Source of the DNA: Acholeplasmatales bacterium
GTDB taxonomy: Bacteria > Bacillota_I > Bacilli_A > Acholeplasmatales > Anaeroplasmataceae
Reading direction: 5' to 3'
DNA length: 64,000 nucleotides
Assembly: GCA_024698125.1 (NCBI GenBank)
Contig: JAILRQ010000014.1
Coordinates: 2,679-66,678, forward strand
In this document: one piece after another, positions 19,672 through 28,191 of the stretch
How the letters are laid out: each line of letters opens with the position of its first letter
How positions within the stretch are numbered: position 1 is the first letter of the stretch
The notes under the pieces: generated by a model
Told to the model about the DNA's origin: nothing
Database searches by the model: none
What the model saw: the letters and a program-made list of their open reading frames with translations, nothing else
Program-made: the position numbers and the translations under genes

Positions 19672-19680
19672 TAATATATT

Positions 19681-19709
19681 AAAAAATGGGAACCGAAGTC
19701 TAACCATTG
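19681..19709 (-). terminator. terminator candidate closing the methyltransferase/nuclease operon
   Basis: Minus strand reads aatggttagacttcggttcccatttttt: an imperfect stem aatgg/ccatt with an inner UUCG-capped helix, then six T. Confidence 0.45.
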
Positions 19710-19789
19710 CAACAACCATTATATGTTATCTATCTATTTTTAGGTTGGGTTTTAAAAATACCTTTGATTCTATCACTGGTACCATAATA

Positions 19790-20746
19790 CTACTTAATTT
19801 TATAAATAAACTTAGATTTCTCATTCACTTTTTCAAGATTAGTATTTTGTGATAAATCTCCCTTGAATTCTTTATGAGTAATTAATTTTATATCACCAGC
19901 ATTATATACACGAGCTAACACATAATTTTTAATTTTTTTACTTGCTGCTAATTCTATATCAGTAACATAAAAAATGTTATCTAATCCACCATTAGTTGTT
20001 TTTACTTCAATATAAACCTTTTCAATAATACCTGTTGCGTTTTTTCTATAAGTTAAAATATCAAAGCCATATGAATCATTAGTTCTTGATACCCAAATAG
20101 GTTTTTCGTCAATATTCAAAGATTTTACATTTCTTTCCTCAATATCTAAAATATATTTCTCACCTACATCACCTATTTTTTGAGACCTAATTTGTTTATC
20201 AATATAATTAATCTTTTTCAGTGGAATTTTTGTAAAATCAATTGAATCATACGAATCAGTTGTACTGGCTGAATTATCTATTTCTGCTTCAATAGAGTCA
20301 GTAACTATAGAATCCTCTAAAAGTGAAGAATAGAAAGCAAAATACTTTTTCTTCCTTGACCTTTCTAATTTTTTGGGTAATTGAATTGGTTTTCTTTCAC
20401 ATTGAGTTACTGTTATAGTACCAGATTTCATTTCATTACAATAATACCAATCAACATTAGGATCTCTAACTAAGCTGGTTGAATTATCTTTATTACTTCC
20501 TATTAAATTTTTTAAAATTTGAATTAAGTTCTTATCACTTTGTAGCACATTTGATAGACGTTTTAAATATTCCGACTTAATATCAACAAGTCTAATTACG
20601 CTATCATCATAATTATCTTTAAGTATAGATATAAACACGTCTTTAAAATACTTTTCCTTGTTAGAAATTTTTATATAATTTTCGTAAGAGACAATGTAGT
20701 TATCATTAATTATTATTTCATTTGGTTTTTTTACTTTCTTTTTCAT
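19790..20746 (-). CDS. DUF3883-type PD-(D/E)xK nuclease-fold protein with an unrecognised N-terminal ~190-aa domain
   Basis: The C-terminus GDVGEKYILDIEE...SYGFDILTY...VYIEVKTT...FYVTDIELAASKK...YVLARVY matches the DUF3883 pattern (GE...GYDI...IEVK...lS.nE...Y.lyrV). Confidence 0.65.
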   Translation of the reverse strand: MKKKVKKPNEIIINDNYIVSYENYIKISNKEKYFKDVFISILKDNYDDSVIRLVDIKSEYLKRLSNVLQSDKNLIQILKNLIGSNKDNSTSLVRDPNVDWYYCNEMKSGTITVTQCERKPIQLPKKLERSRKKKYFAFYSSLLEDSIVTDSIEAEIDNSASTTDSYDSIDFTKIPLKKINYIDKQIRSQKIGDVGEKYILDIEERNVKSLNIDEKPIWVSRTNDSYGFDILTYRKNATGIIEKVYIEVKTTNGGLDNIFYVTDIELAASKKIKNYVLARVYNAGDIKLITHKEFKGDLSQNTNLEKVNEKSKFIYKIK

Positions 20747-20753
20747 ATACTTA

Positions 20754-22322
20754 TTAATTCCTTATTAAAACCCTTCCCAAGGGTAAATTTACTTGAATTG
20801 ATTTAGCAATTTCATCTTTTCGATAATCAATGTATGATTCCTGTTCGTTTTCAAATCTAGCAAAATCCACTGTATTCATCGGAGTTTGAAGTAATATATC
20901 CCTTGTAATAATACTATTATATTTTACAATCTTATGAGTAATATACTGATTTTGAATTTGTTTATTAACACTATCACATAATAATAAATAATTTCCAATA
21001 TTATCTATTAATACCTTTTGTTGCTCTCTATGTGATGGCCATCCATTAGCAGCCCATTCAGAATCCGGATTTTGAGGATAAATATGTTCAAGGTTAATTG
21101 TATCAACATTGACCGTTCCTGAAACATTTCTATATATAACATCAATTATCAATAATGCTTTTTTAATTCCTCTAGACGTATTAATGTCTCCGAGTTTATT
21201 AGAAAAATCGTTTATATTAATTTGCCAAGTTGTTTTATCTGTATTTATTTTATCAATAAGTTTAGCGTTAATAGTAGCTGGTCCTATTCCACTCTTTATA
21301 TCATCAACTATTTCATTTAACAAATATCTAAATGTCTTTGGACTTCCACCATTTAGGCTTAATACAATACTCATCATACATAGTGGTATCATAACCTTGA
21401 TTAAATAATCATGGTTAGTATTGATATCAATATGTTTCATTGCCATTATATTTAAAACATCTAGAAGAGTATTACGATTTATATAATTGATTACATATCT
21501 AATAGGACTATTACCAATCGTACTAAGTAATGTAATAGTATCAACAAAATCTTGATAAGTATCCCTATTTTTTGTTACATACTCTCTCAAAAATGTGATA
21601 ATTTCCATATTATCAAAGTTTTTTTCATAATTTGAAGATTTGAGTTTATAAAAACTAATCAAGGATTGTCTCACCTCTTTCATTTTTGATGTATCAAACC
21701 TTATTCCATATGCCAATGAAAATTGATCTAAAGCTGTTTTAATAACTTCGTCCTTTGATAAAGGCTTCCCTCCTGTGTTTATTTGTTGGAAAATATTGAA
21801 TGCATCATCTGCATTGCTACACTTTTTCATATAGACATATATATTATTCTTTATAACCTTCACCATATCGTTTATTTTATCAACATTTGATTTGACATAA
21901 CTGTATAAATCTAAATATACTTTTTTGAAAGGAGAAGTTACATAATTGTAAAAATGCGTTTCATATTTTTTCTGATTTGAAAACACATCATACGAAATAT
22001 CAAATAGTTCGATATCCTCTACATCAATACCTAATTCAATTGAGACGTCTTTTATAGCCTTAATCAAATTATTTAGTGTTACAATTCTTTGTTGGCCATC
22101 AGCAAACTTTATTTTTCCATCTTCTTCATAATATATAAAATCTAACAAATAAAACTGACTGTTTTTGTCAGCAATAACATTCAATAAATCCTCTTTAAAT
22201 TGTACAATTTCTTTTTCTTTCCATGCGTAAAACCTTTGAAAAATAGGAATTCCTATTTTTCTATCCTGCCAATCATAAAGTTTTACATACTCGGAAGATA
22301 TAGTATTATTTTTTATAATCAT
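20754..22322 (-). CDS. DUF262 (ParB-like NTPase/nuclease) plus DUF1524 (His-Me finger) protein, GmrSD/SspE-like
   Basis: IPIFQRFYAWKEKE and FADGQQRIVTL are DUF262 motifs. NLEHIYPQNP and IGNYLLLCDSVNKQIQNQ are DUF1524 HNH-like motifs. SD GGAGGTG lies 8 nt upstream. Confidence 0.8.
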   Translation of the reverse strand: MIIKNNTISSEYVKLYDWQDRKIGIPIFQRFYAWKEKEIVQFKEDLLNVIADKNSQFYLLDFIYYEEDGKIKFADGQQRIVTLNNLIKAIKDVSIELGIDVEDIELFDISYDVFSNQKKYETHFYNYVTSPFKKVYLDLYSYVKSNVDKINDMVKVIKNNIYVYMKKCSNADDAFNIFQQINTGGKPLSKDEVIKTALDQFSLAYGIRFDTSKMKEVRQSLISFYKLKSSNYEKNFDNMEIITFLREYVTKNRDTYQDFVDTITLLSTIGNSPIRYVINYINRNTLLDVLNIMAMKHIDINTNHDYLIKVMIPLCMMSIVLSLNGGSPKTFRYLLNEIVDDIKSGIGPATINAKLIDKINTDKTTWQININDFSNKLGDINTSRGIKKALLIIDVIYRNVSGTVNVDTINLEHIYPQNPDSEWAANGWPSHREQQKVLIDNIGNYLLLCDSVNKQIQNQYITHKIVKYNSIITRDILLQTPMNTVDFARFENEQESYIDYRKDEIAKSIQVNLPLGRVLIRN

Positions 22323-22340
22323 TCTATCGCCACCTCCAAA

Positions 22341-22718
22341 TTATGCTTTTTGGTAAACTATTCTTTCACCCTTTTTAAACTCATTAATTTCTTTATAAGC
22401 ATATATTCCATCTTGATTTGCCAACCCATCAGGATGAAAAGCATTACTACTAAATAGATTTCTAATAATAACCCTAAATCTTTCTTGCTTATTAGAAGGC
22501 AAAATTTCTTGAAAATATTGTGGAATACTATCCAAGTTATCACAAACTATATCGTAATATAATGGGATTATAGTATCGCTATCAATAGGAGAATTGTACT
22601 CAATGATTTCTTTAACAGCTATTTCTCTTAGTATAACCCAAAAAGCATCTTGGCCAACCTTTTTCAATGAAGCATATTTCAACCTATATATTTCTCTCTT
22701 TAAAACATCTCCAAGCAT
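22341..22718 (-). CDS. 125-aa protein of unknown function, translationally coupled to the methyltransferase
   Basis: SD AAGGAGAAAG is embedded in the last codons of the MTase. The junction is GAC TAA T ATG. No motif recognised. Confidence 0.55.
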   Translation of the reverse strand: MLGDVLKREIYRLKYASLKKVGQDAFWVILREIAVKEIIEYNSPIDSDTIIPLYYDIVCDNLDSIPQYFQEILPSNKQERFRVIIRNLFSSNAFHPDGLANQDGIYAYKEINEFKKGERIVYQKA

Positions 22719-22719
22719 A

Positions 22720-23829
22720 TTAGTCTTTCTCCTTTACTAGTAAAAATAGGTATTCTTTAACATGAATGTCCCTATTTCTTAAGTTTCTGCAACCTCTAAA
22801 TACATTATATTTTTTATCAAAAGCTCTCACATTTCCTAATTCTTCTAACATAGATACCATCTCATCAAACGTAATAAAACCTTCTGAATTGTAAGAAATT
22901 AAAATATATGTAGCATTTAATTTTTGACATAAATCTTTCATGGATTCAAGGGCTTTATTCTTCTTGTTATAGTCTGATTTATTCCATCCTGTAGGAATTC
23001 CAGAAACTTTAGAAATAATAGTAGGTTCTTTATAATTATTAATAAGATTTAACATAAAATAATTAGAACCATAAGGATGCTGATTATATGGTGGATCCAA
23101 GTAGGCTAAATCCACATGAGGTACAATCTTACAAACTTCATTCGAATTTCCTTGCAAAACATGTACCTCACAATGGTTATTACTTAGCACAGGCATTTTC
23201 AGTTCAATATTTGCTAATATCCTTTGTAAAGCATTTTTGCCATCACCACCATACTGCCCAATGTGTGTTTTAGAATTTTTATAAAATCCTTTAAATACAC
23301 CTGAAGTATTGTTTTTAGTTGATGCTTCATATAATAATGGCCCCAATAACAAAGTTTTATATGGCTCAGGAACTTCTTCTAAATATTGTCGCGCCGAATC
23401 CAAATATTTAGCATTTCTAGTTGTATAAAAAACCCTTTCCCCTTCTTTAATATTTAAATCATCATCTGGAGCATATAATTTTGATATAAACCCATTGTTA
23501 ATTAAGGGGCTATTATTTATTTTATTTATAACAAAGTCATACCATTTTCTTAAAGTATCTAAATCTATTTCATCTTCATTTGACAAATAACACTTATTAA
23601 TTGTATAGCTATAATCTTCTAAATCATTTGTATACAGTATATTAGAATATTGTTTTAAATACCTTGAAACTATCCCTGATCCTGCAAAAACATCAAAAGT
23701 ATTTATTTTCTTTGAACCAATTTCTTTTAAAACGACCTTTATAGCATTATCAATAAACGTTAAAAGCGAACGCTTATTTCCCAAATATGTAATTATTTGT
23801 TCAGTTAAAAATTCTTTTCTTTCAGACAT
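22720..23829 (-). CDS. D12-class (Dam-like) N6-adenine DNA methyltransferase
   Basis: YLGNKRSLL (Dam-family N-terminal motif), FAGSGIVSRYL (FxGxG SAM site), LAYLDPPYN (DPPY catalytic motif). I prefer the ATG at 23829 (MSERKEF) over the GTG at 23838 used in the track. Confidence 0.85.
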   Translation of the reverse strand: MSERKEFLTEQIITYLGNKRSLLTFIDNAIKVVLKEIGSKKINTFDVFAGSGIVSRYLKQYSNILYTNDLEDYSYTINKCYLSNEDEIDLDTLRKWYDFVINKINNSPLINNGFISKLYAPDDDLNIKEGERVFYTTRNAKYLDSARQYLEEVPEPYKTLLLGPLLYEASTKNNTSGVFKGFYKNSKTHIGQYGGDGKNALQRILANIELKMPVLSNNHCEVHVLQGNSNEVCKIVPHVDLAYLDPPYNQHPYGSNYFMLNLINNYKEPTIISKVSGIPTGWNKSDYNKKNKALESMKDLCQKLNATYILISYNSEGFITFDEMVSMLEELGNVRAFDKKYNVFRGCRNLRNRDIHVKEYLFLLVKEKD

Positions 23830-23830
23830 A

Positions 23831-23926
23831 TTATTCACTAACCTCTTTAAAATTAAGGTTATATCTTATAAATAAGTACACCTTCGATTCAAATCTAATA
23901 ATGTACTTAGGTAAAACAATTCTCAT
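23831..23926 (-). CDS. 31-aa upstream ORF coupled to the methyltransferase start (speculative)
   Basis: Hand translation: MRIVLPKYIIRFESKVYLFIRYNLNFKEVSE*. SD GGAGG lies 7 nt upstream. Its stop sits 1 nt before the MTase ATG (GAA TAA T ATG). Confidence 0.3.
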   Translation of the reverse strand: MRIVLPKYIIRFESKVYLFIRYNLNFKEVSE

Positions 23927-24139
23927 AGTAATTCCTCCGCTCATGATTACTAGTCATATTTTATCATTTTTTCAAAAATAATACTACCAACTGTCTTAAA
24001 CATTTATATTTAATTATACTTTCACCAAAAGAAAATAGACGATTTTTTATTATATCTTGTCAATTAGCACTATTCTTACATACAATTCAAAAAAAGTTAC
24101 TTGAAGTACGAACTTAGGATTAAAAAATGATTTAATAAG

Positions 24140-24184
24140 AAAAGGCTACAAGGTCTGATTTTAAAAAATCATTCCTTTGTAGCC
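24140..24184 (-). terminator. terminator hairpin after the DAHP synthase gene
   Basis: Minus strand reads ggctacaaagg...ccttgtagcc (one bulge, long loop with an inner hairpin) followed by tttt. Confidence 0.5.
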
Positions 24185-24205
24185 AACTATAAAAATCTTA
24201 CTTTG

Positions 24206-25273
24206 TTAATCAATAATTCCTCTTCTTAAATCAGCGATTTGCTTAATAAGCTTTTCAGTCTTCTCCCATCCAAGGCAGGCATCAGTAATTGACTTACCAT
24301 ATACACCATCTCCTGGCTTTTGGTTTCCATCAACTAGGTATGACTCAATCATAAGTCCCTTTACAAGCTTATGAATATCCTCATTATGTCTTGTTGAGTG
24401 TAGAACCTCCTTAGCAATACGGATTTGCTCCATAAACTTCTTTCCAGAGTTTGAGTGGTTACAGTCAACGATAACTGCAGGATTCTTATAATCCTTAGCC
24501 TTGTATAAATCAGATAGCTGCTGTAGGTCCTCATAGTGGTAGTTAGGATGAGTCTTTCCACCCTTATCTACATATCCACGAAGTACTACGTGAGTTAAAT
24601 CATTACCAAGAGTATTTACCTCCCAACCACGGTAGATAAATGTTGTAGGTGCTTGTCCGGCACTAATTGAGTTCATAAGAACTGAAAGGTCTCCTGATGT
24701 AGGGTTCTTCATACCAACTGGTACATCCATACCAGATGCTAGAAGTCTATGCTGCTGATCCTCAACAGATCTAGCTCCTACTGCAATGTATGATAATAGG
24801 TCAGATACATATGCATAGTTTTCAGGGTATAGCATCTCATCAGCAGCGCTAAATCCTGTTTGGGCAATAATCTCCATTTGAAGCTTTCTTATTGCTACAA
24901 GTCCCTTTAGCATATCAGGCTCTGCATTTGGATCTGGTTGGTGAATCATTCCCTTATATCCAGCTCCTGTAGTTCTTGGCTTTCCAGTGTATACACGAGG
25001 GATAAGAACTAAAACATCCTTAACCTCCTCCTGTACCTTTCTTAATTTATTAACATATTCAAGCACAGCGTCCTCTCTATCAGCTGAGCAAGGTCCAATG
25101 ATTAGAATAAACTTATCACTCTCTCCAGTGAAAACCTTTCTAATCTCCTCGTCATTCTTAGCCTTTACTGCCTTTAGCTCGTCAGATAAAGGATACATAG
25201 CTCTTACTTCTTCTGGAGTAGGAAGCTCTTGTGTTGAAACCATATTCTTTGAAAATTCATCTCTTACATTCAT
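24206..25273 (-). CDS. 3-deoxy-7-phosphoheptulonate (DAHP) synthase, class I
   Basis: About 355 aa. IIGPCS, KPRT (YTGKPRTTGAGYKG), DCNHSNSGK. ATG at 25273. Confidence 0.85.
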   Translation of the reverse strand: MNVRDEFSKNMVSTQELPTPEEVRAMYPLSDELKAVKAKNDEEIRKVFTGESDKFILIIGPCSADREDAVLEYVNKLRKVQEEVKDVLVLIPRVYTGKPRTTGAGYKGMIHQPDPNAEPDMLKGLVAIRKLQMEIIAQTGFSAADEMLYPENYAYVSDLLSYIAVGARSVEDQQHRLLASGMDVPVGMKNPTSGDLSVLMNSISAGQAPTTFIYRGWEVNTLGNDLTHVVLRGYVDKGGKTHPNYHYEDLQQLSDLYKAKDYKNPAVIVDCNHSNSGKKFMEQIRIAKEVLHSTRHNEDIHKLVKGLMIESYLVDGNQKPGDGVYGKSITDACLGWEKTEKLIKQIADLRRGIID

Positions 25274-25374
25274 ATTACAAATTCCTTTCAAATACATTTA
25301 AAGACTCTAAAATGTATAAATACTTTATAATTATATCATTTATAAAATTATTTTAAAAGAAAAAATATATTAAT

Positions 25375-25401
25375 AAATAAAAAAGCCATTAAAAATGGCC
25401 T
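25375..25401 (-). terminator. rho-independent terminator
   Basis: aaaggccatttttaatggcctttttt-type hairpin on the minus strand, right after the stop at 25403. Confidence 0.65.
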
Positions 25402-25402
25402 T

Positions 25403-25711
25403 TTAACAATTTTTATGCAAAATACTACAGCTTTCATTCTCATAATCAATAGGCTCATGATTATAATACTTTAAATAAGCCTCCCAGTCAGTAAATACAA
25501 TCCCATCATCTACTATACAAGGGATTCCAATATCATGAATCATCTTTAATCTATCAAATACTCTTGGGTTAGTATCTCTATAGATTAAAAACTGCTTAAG
25601 GTTTTTAAGCTCTCTTATATCATAATACTCATACTCAACCTTATAGAAATCAAAGTTTTTAACACAATTTCTGCAATCTGGACAATCAGGATGTCCATAT
25701 ATTTTTAACAT
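25403..25711 (-). CDS. glutaredoxin/thioredoxin-fold small protein
   Basis: N-terminal MLKIYGHPDCPDCRNC carries a CxxC motif. 102 aa. Confidence 0.55.
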   Translation of the reverse strand: MLKIYGHPDCPDCRNCVKNFDFYKVEYEYYDIRELKNLKQFLIYRDTNPRVFDRLKMIHDIGIPCIVDDGIVFTDWEAYLKYYNHEPIDYENESCSILHKNC

Positions 25712-25713
25712 AA

Positions 25714-26190
25714 TTATTCCTCCTTTATATGCTTACCGCTTATATGCTCAATAGATAGCTCAAGCATTTGAACATGTGGATATGAATGAATCATCTCCTG
25801 CTCAATATCCTCCTTTGATGGATTATACTTAAGCCCAATATTTTTACACATATCATACGCAAGCTCTGAATCCTCCATAAGCCTAATGCGGCCAAATACT
25901 ATAACTGATGTAAGACGATAAAACCATTCTCCCTCATTTTTTACACCCTTATCCCAAAGTGTAAATGAGCACTTATCACATCTTTTAATACTATCTATCT
26001 TATGACCTTCCTTAGCCCCATGAAAATAAATCTTATTATTTTCCTTATTGTAATAAAAATCAAGAGGGATACCATATGGATATCCATCATCACCTGATAG
26101 TGATAATACTCCTCTTTTCTCCTCACAAAGTATCTTAATACACTCCTCAAGTGTAGCCTTTTGTTTAAATCTTCTCATTTCACGAAACAT
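25714..26190 (-). CDS. pyridoxamine 5'-phosphate oxidase family (FMN-binding, NimA-like) protein
   Basis: MRRFKQKATLEECIKIL...RGVLSLSGDDGYPYGIPLDFYY is typical of the family. ATG at 26190 with SD GGAGG 10 nt upstream. Confidence 0.7.
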   Translation of the reverse strand: MFREMRRFKQKATLEECIKILCEEKRGVLSLSGDDGYPYGIPLDFYYNKENNKIYFHGAKEGHKIDSIKRCDKCSFTLWDKGVKNEGEWFYRLTSVIVFGRIRLMEDSELAYDMCKNIGLKYNPSKEDIEQEMIHSYPHVQMLELSIEHISGKHIKEE

Positions 26191-26287
26191 ATAATAATAT
26201 CCTCCAAAATACAAATATATTATAACAACTACCAAATTATATTTAAAGTAATATACATTAAAAAAGGTAAGGATTTAATCCTTACCA

Positions 26288-27427
26288 TTAAGAGCTCGCA
26301 AGAGCCTTTATTACTAAATGTATATAATCAAGTATCTCACTATACATTCCAAAAAGTATTAAGAACAATACCATATAATACATAAAATATATAAGCTTTA
26401 AAAATCTAAATCTAGCTCTTATTTTATGATTATAGAATACTATTAAAGGAGATACTAAATAATAGCTTCTTCCATATCCTAATCCAAAATCCCTTAAGGA
26501 ATCAAACATACCAAGTATTCTAGATACAATAGAGACAATAATTATAAATATAATTAAATAGGAATTATAAAAGAATAATCCAATTCCCTCATCAGGATAA
26601 TAGAAAAACTCCTCTTTTTCCTTTTTATACATATACTTATAAAAAACACAAAGGAAGATAAATACTAAATATACATATATACCATGGCTTGAAAGCATTG
26701 CCCCTAGGGCAAATGGCATATCAAGTATATACTTTCTTTCAAGCCCCTGTAATACCATAGACATTATAACAAATACTAAAGGTACTAAAGAAAGTCCTCT
26801 ATATATTCTCATATGCTTCTTAAAGAAATCCTTCTTAGGACGTAGCATAAAGAACTTATAAAATACAACACAGGCTGCAAGATCTATAAACATGTTAACA
26901 TTAGCGTAAGCTCTTGTTATCATGCTTATAAGATCATAGCACAAATCCTTTGTGCTTTGTGTTATATTTTCAGCATCCATTACTGTATCAACCATAGGCT
27001 CAAGCATAGTGTAATACATAGTAATTTCAAATATATAAAAGATAATAGATAAGCATACATAATCTATAAATATTCTTTTAACATTTACTCTTTTTTGCAC
27101 AAGCTTTCCAAAAAGACCAATAGTCATTAAAAGTGGTACAAGCCTTACACCATAATATATGGTCATAACCGCATCCTTAAGGCTTATAAGCTCTGCATAA
27201 TCTGATGCAGCATCTATAAGATCTCCTGATACAAAAAGCCCTATAAATATATCAAATATATTTGAAGCATTATCAGGATTTAGACTACTTTCTGGAATAA
27301 CTGATGTATACATCAGAAGGTAGGTAGCTAAAAGGAGGTTTGTAATACCAAATATTATTAAGGCTACAATACGAAGTGTTGTAAAGCTTAAAAAGGGCTT
27401 ATAAGTAAAAGCCTTCATATTCTTCAT
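26288..27427 (-). CDS. polytopic membrane protein, unknown function
   Basis: About 10 hydrophobic helices. ATG at 27427 with SD GAGAGGTG. Confidence 0.55.
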   Translation of the reverse strand: MKNMKAFTYKPFLSFTTLRIVALIIFGITNLLLATYLLMYTSVIPESSLNPDNASNIFDIFIGLFVSGDLIDAASDYAELISLKDAVMTIYYGVRLVPLLMTIGLFGKLVQKRVNVKRIFIDYVCLSIIFYIFEITMYYTMLEPMVDTVMDAENITQSTKDLCYDLISMITRAYANVNMFIDLAACVVFYKFFMLRPKKDFFKKHMRIYRGLSLVPLVFVIMSMVLQGLERKYILDMPFALGAMLSSHGIYVYLVFIFLCVFYKYMYKKEKEEFFYYPDEGIGLFFYNSYLIIFIIIVSIVSRILGMFDSLRDFGLGYGRSYYLVSPLIVFYNHKIRARFRFLKLIYFMYYMVLFLILFGMYSEILDYIHLVIKALASS

Positions 27428-27474
27428 ACACCTCTCACCTCCCACAGTATAGCCTAATTATAGCACAATTTAGC

Positions 27475-28146
27475 TTATAGCCTAGACCTTATTTCTTTTA
27501 AAACGTTCTTATTTAAATCACTTATTCTATATGAGTCAATCATCTTAGATATAGCCTTTCTTTTTAATGCTATGCTAAGATTTGATGTCAAAAGAAAATC
27601 CTTAACTCTATCAAAGTGATAAATACCAAGTTCCGCAATAAGCCAAGCCTCAGCCATTAATACATAATATCTTTCATCATCAACTATATTAGATAGGAAT
27701 AAATCACAAGCCTCTTTATCTCTTGCCATCTTTAATCCTATAACATAGCCAAATCTTCTTTCATATACTCCTTTAAGCCCTATAAGCTTTAAGAAGTATT
27801 TCTTATATTCTTTAATATTTGGCTTTTTTAAGTATTGATTACATAAATCAACACTCATCCAAGACTTTGCGATATGGGCATTATTATAAATAAACTCTAA
27901 TTGTTCATTAAATGTTTTTATCTTTGAAAGCCCAATTATAAAATAGCATATTTGATATTCTACAAGATCATCATAAGGAATGTTTGAAATATCAAACGAA
28001 TCATCTAAAATAGCCTCTTTACAGGCTTTTTTGATGTTTGGTATGCTAACTCTTGAAGATTTAATTAAATGGTCTATTCCAACCATATTTCTATACTCTG
28101 GATTACCAATTCCATTTGGGTATAATCTTTTCTTAAGATTTTCCAT
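27475..28146 (-). CDS. DNA alkylation repair (AlkD-like HEAT-repeat) protein, tentative
   Basis: 223 aa, all-helical. YYVLMAEAWLIAELG and ALKRKAISKMIDSYRIS resemble PF08713. Confidence 0.45.
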   Translation of the reverse strand: MENLKKRLYPNGIGNPEYRNMVGIDHLIKSSRVSIPNIKKACKEAILDDSFDISNIPYDDLVEYQICYFIIGLSKIKTFNEQLEFIYNNAHIAKSWMSVDLCNQYLKKPNIKEYKKYFLKLIGLKGVYERRFGYVIGLKMARDKEACDLFLSNIVDDERYYVLMAEAWLIAELGIYHFDRVKDFLLTSNLSIALKRKAISKMIDSYRISDLNKNVLKEIRSRL

Positions 28147-28191
28147 AATAACACCTCTATTTATTATAGCATATAAAAAAGACTCAATTCA

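Noticed and set aside
21109-22543. ORFs 21109..21408(+), 22200..22457(+) and 22358..22543(-) inside the defence-like operon
   Set aside because: All are nested in or antisense to the motif-bearing DUF262 gene and the 125-aa gene. They have no SD, and their translations are Ile/Leu/Phe-rich junk.
19784-23987. 10-nt direct repeat ataatactac at 19784-19793 and 23978-23987, flanking the defence-like block
   Set aside because: A 10-mer match between two AT-rich spacers is plausible by chance. One copy overlaps the DUF3883 stop codon. No recombinase is present to use it.
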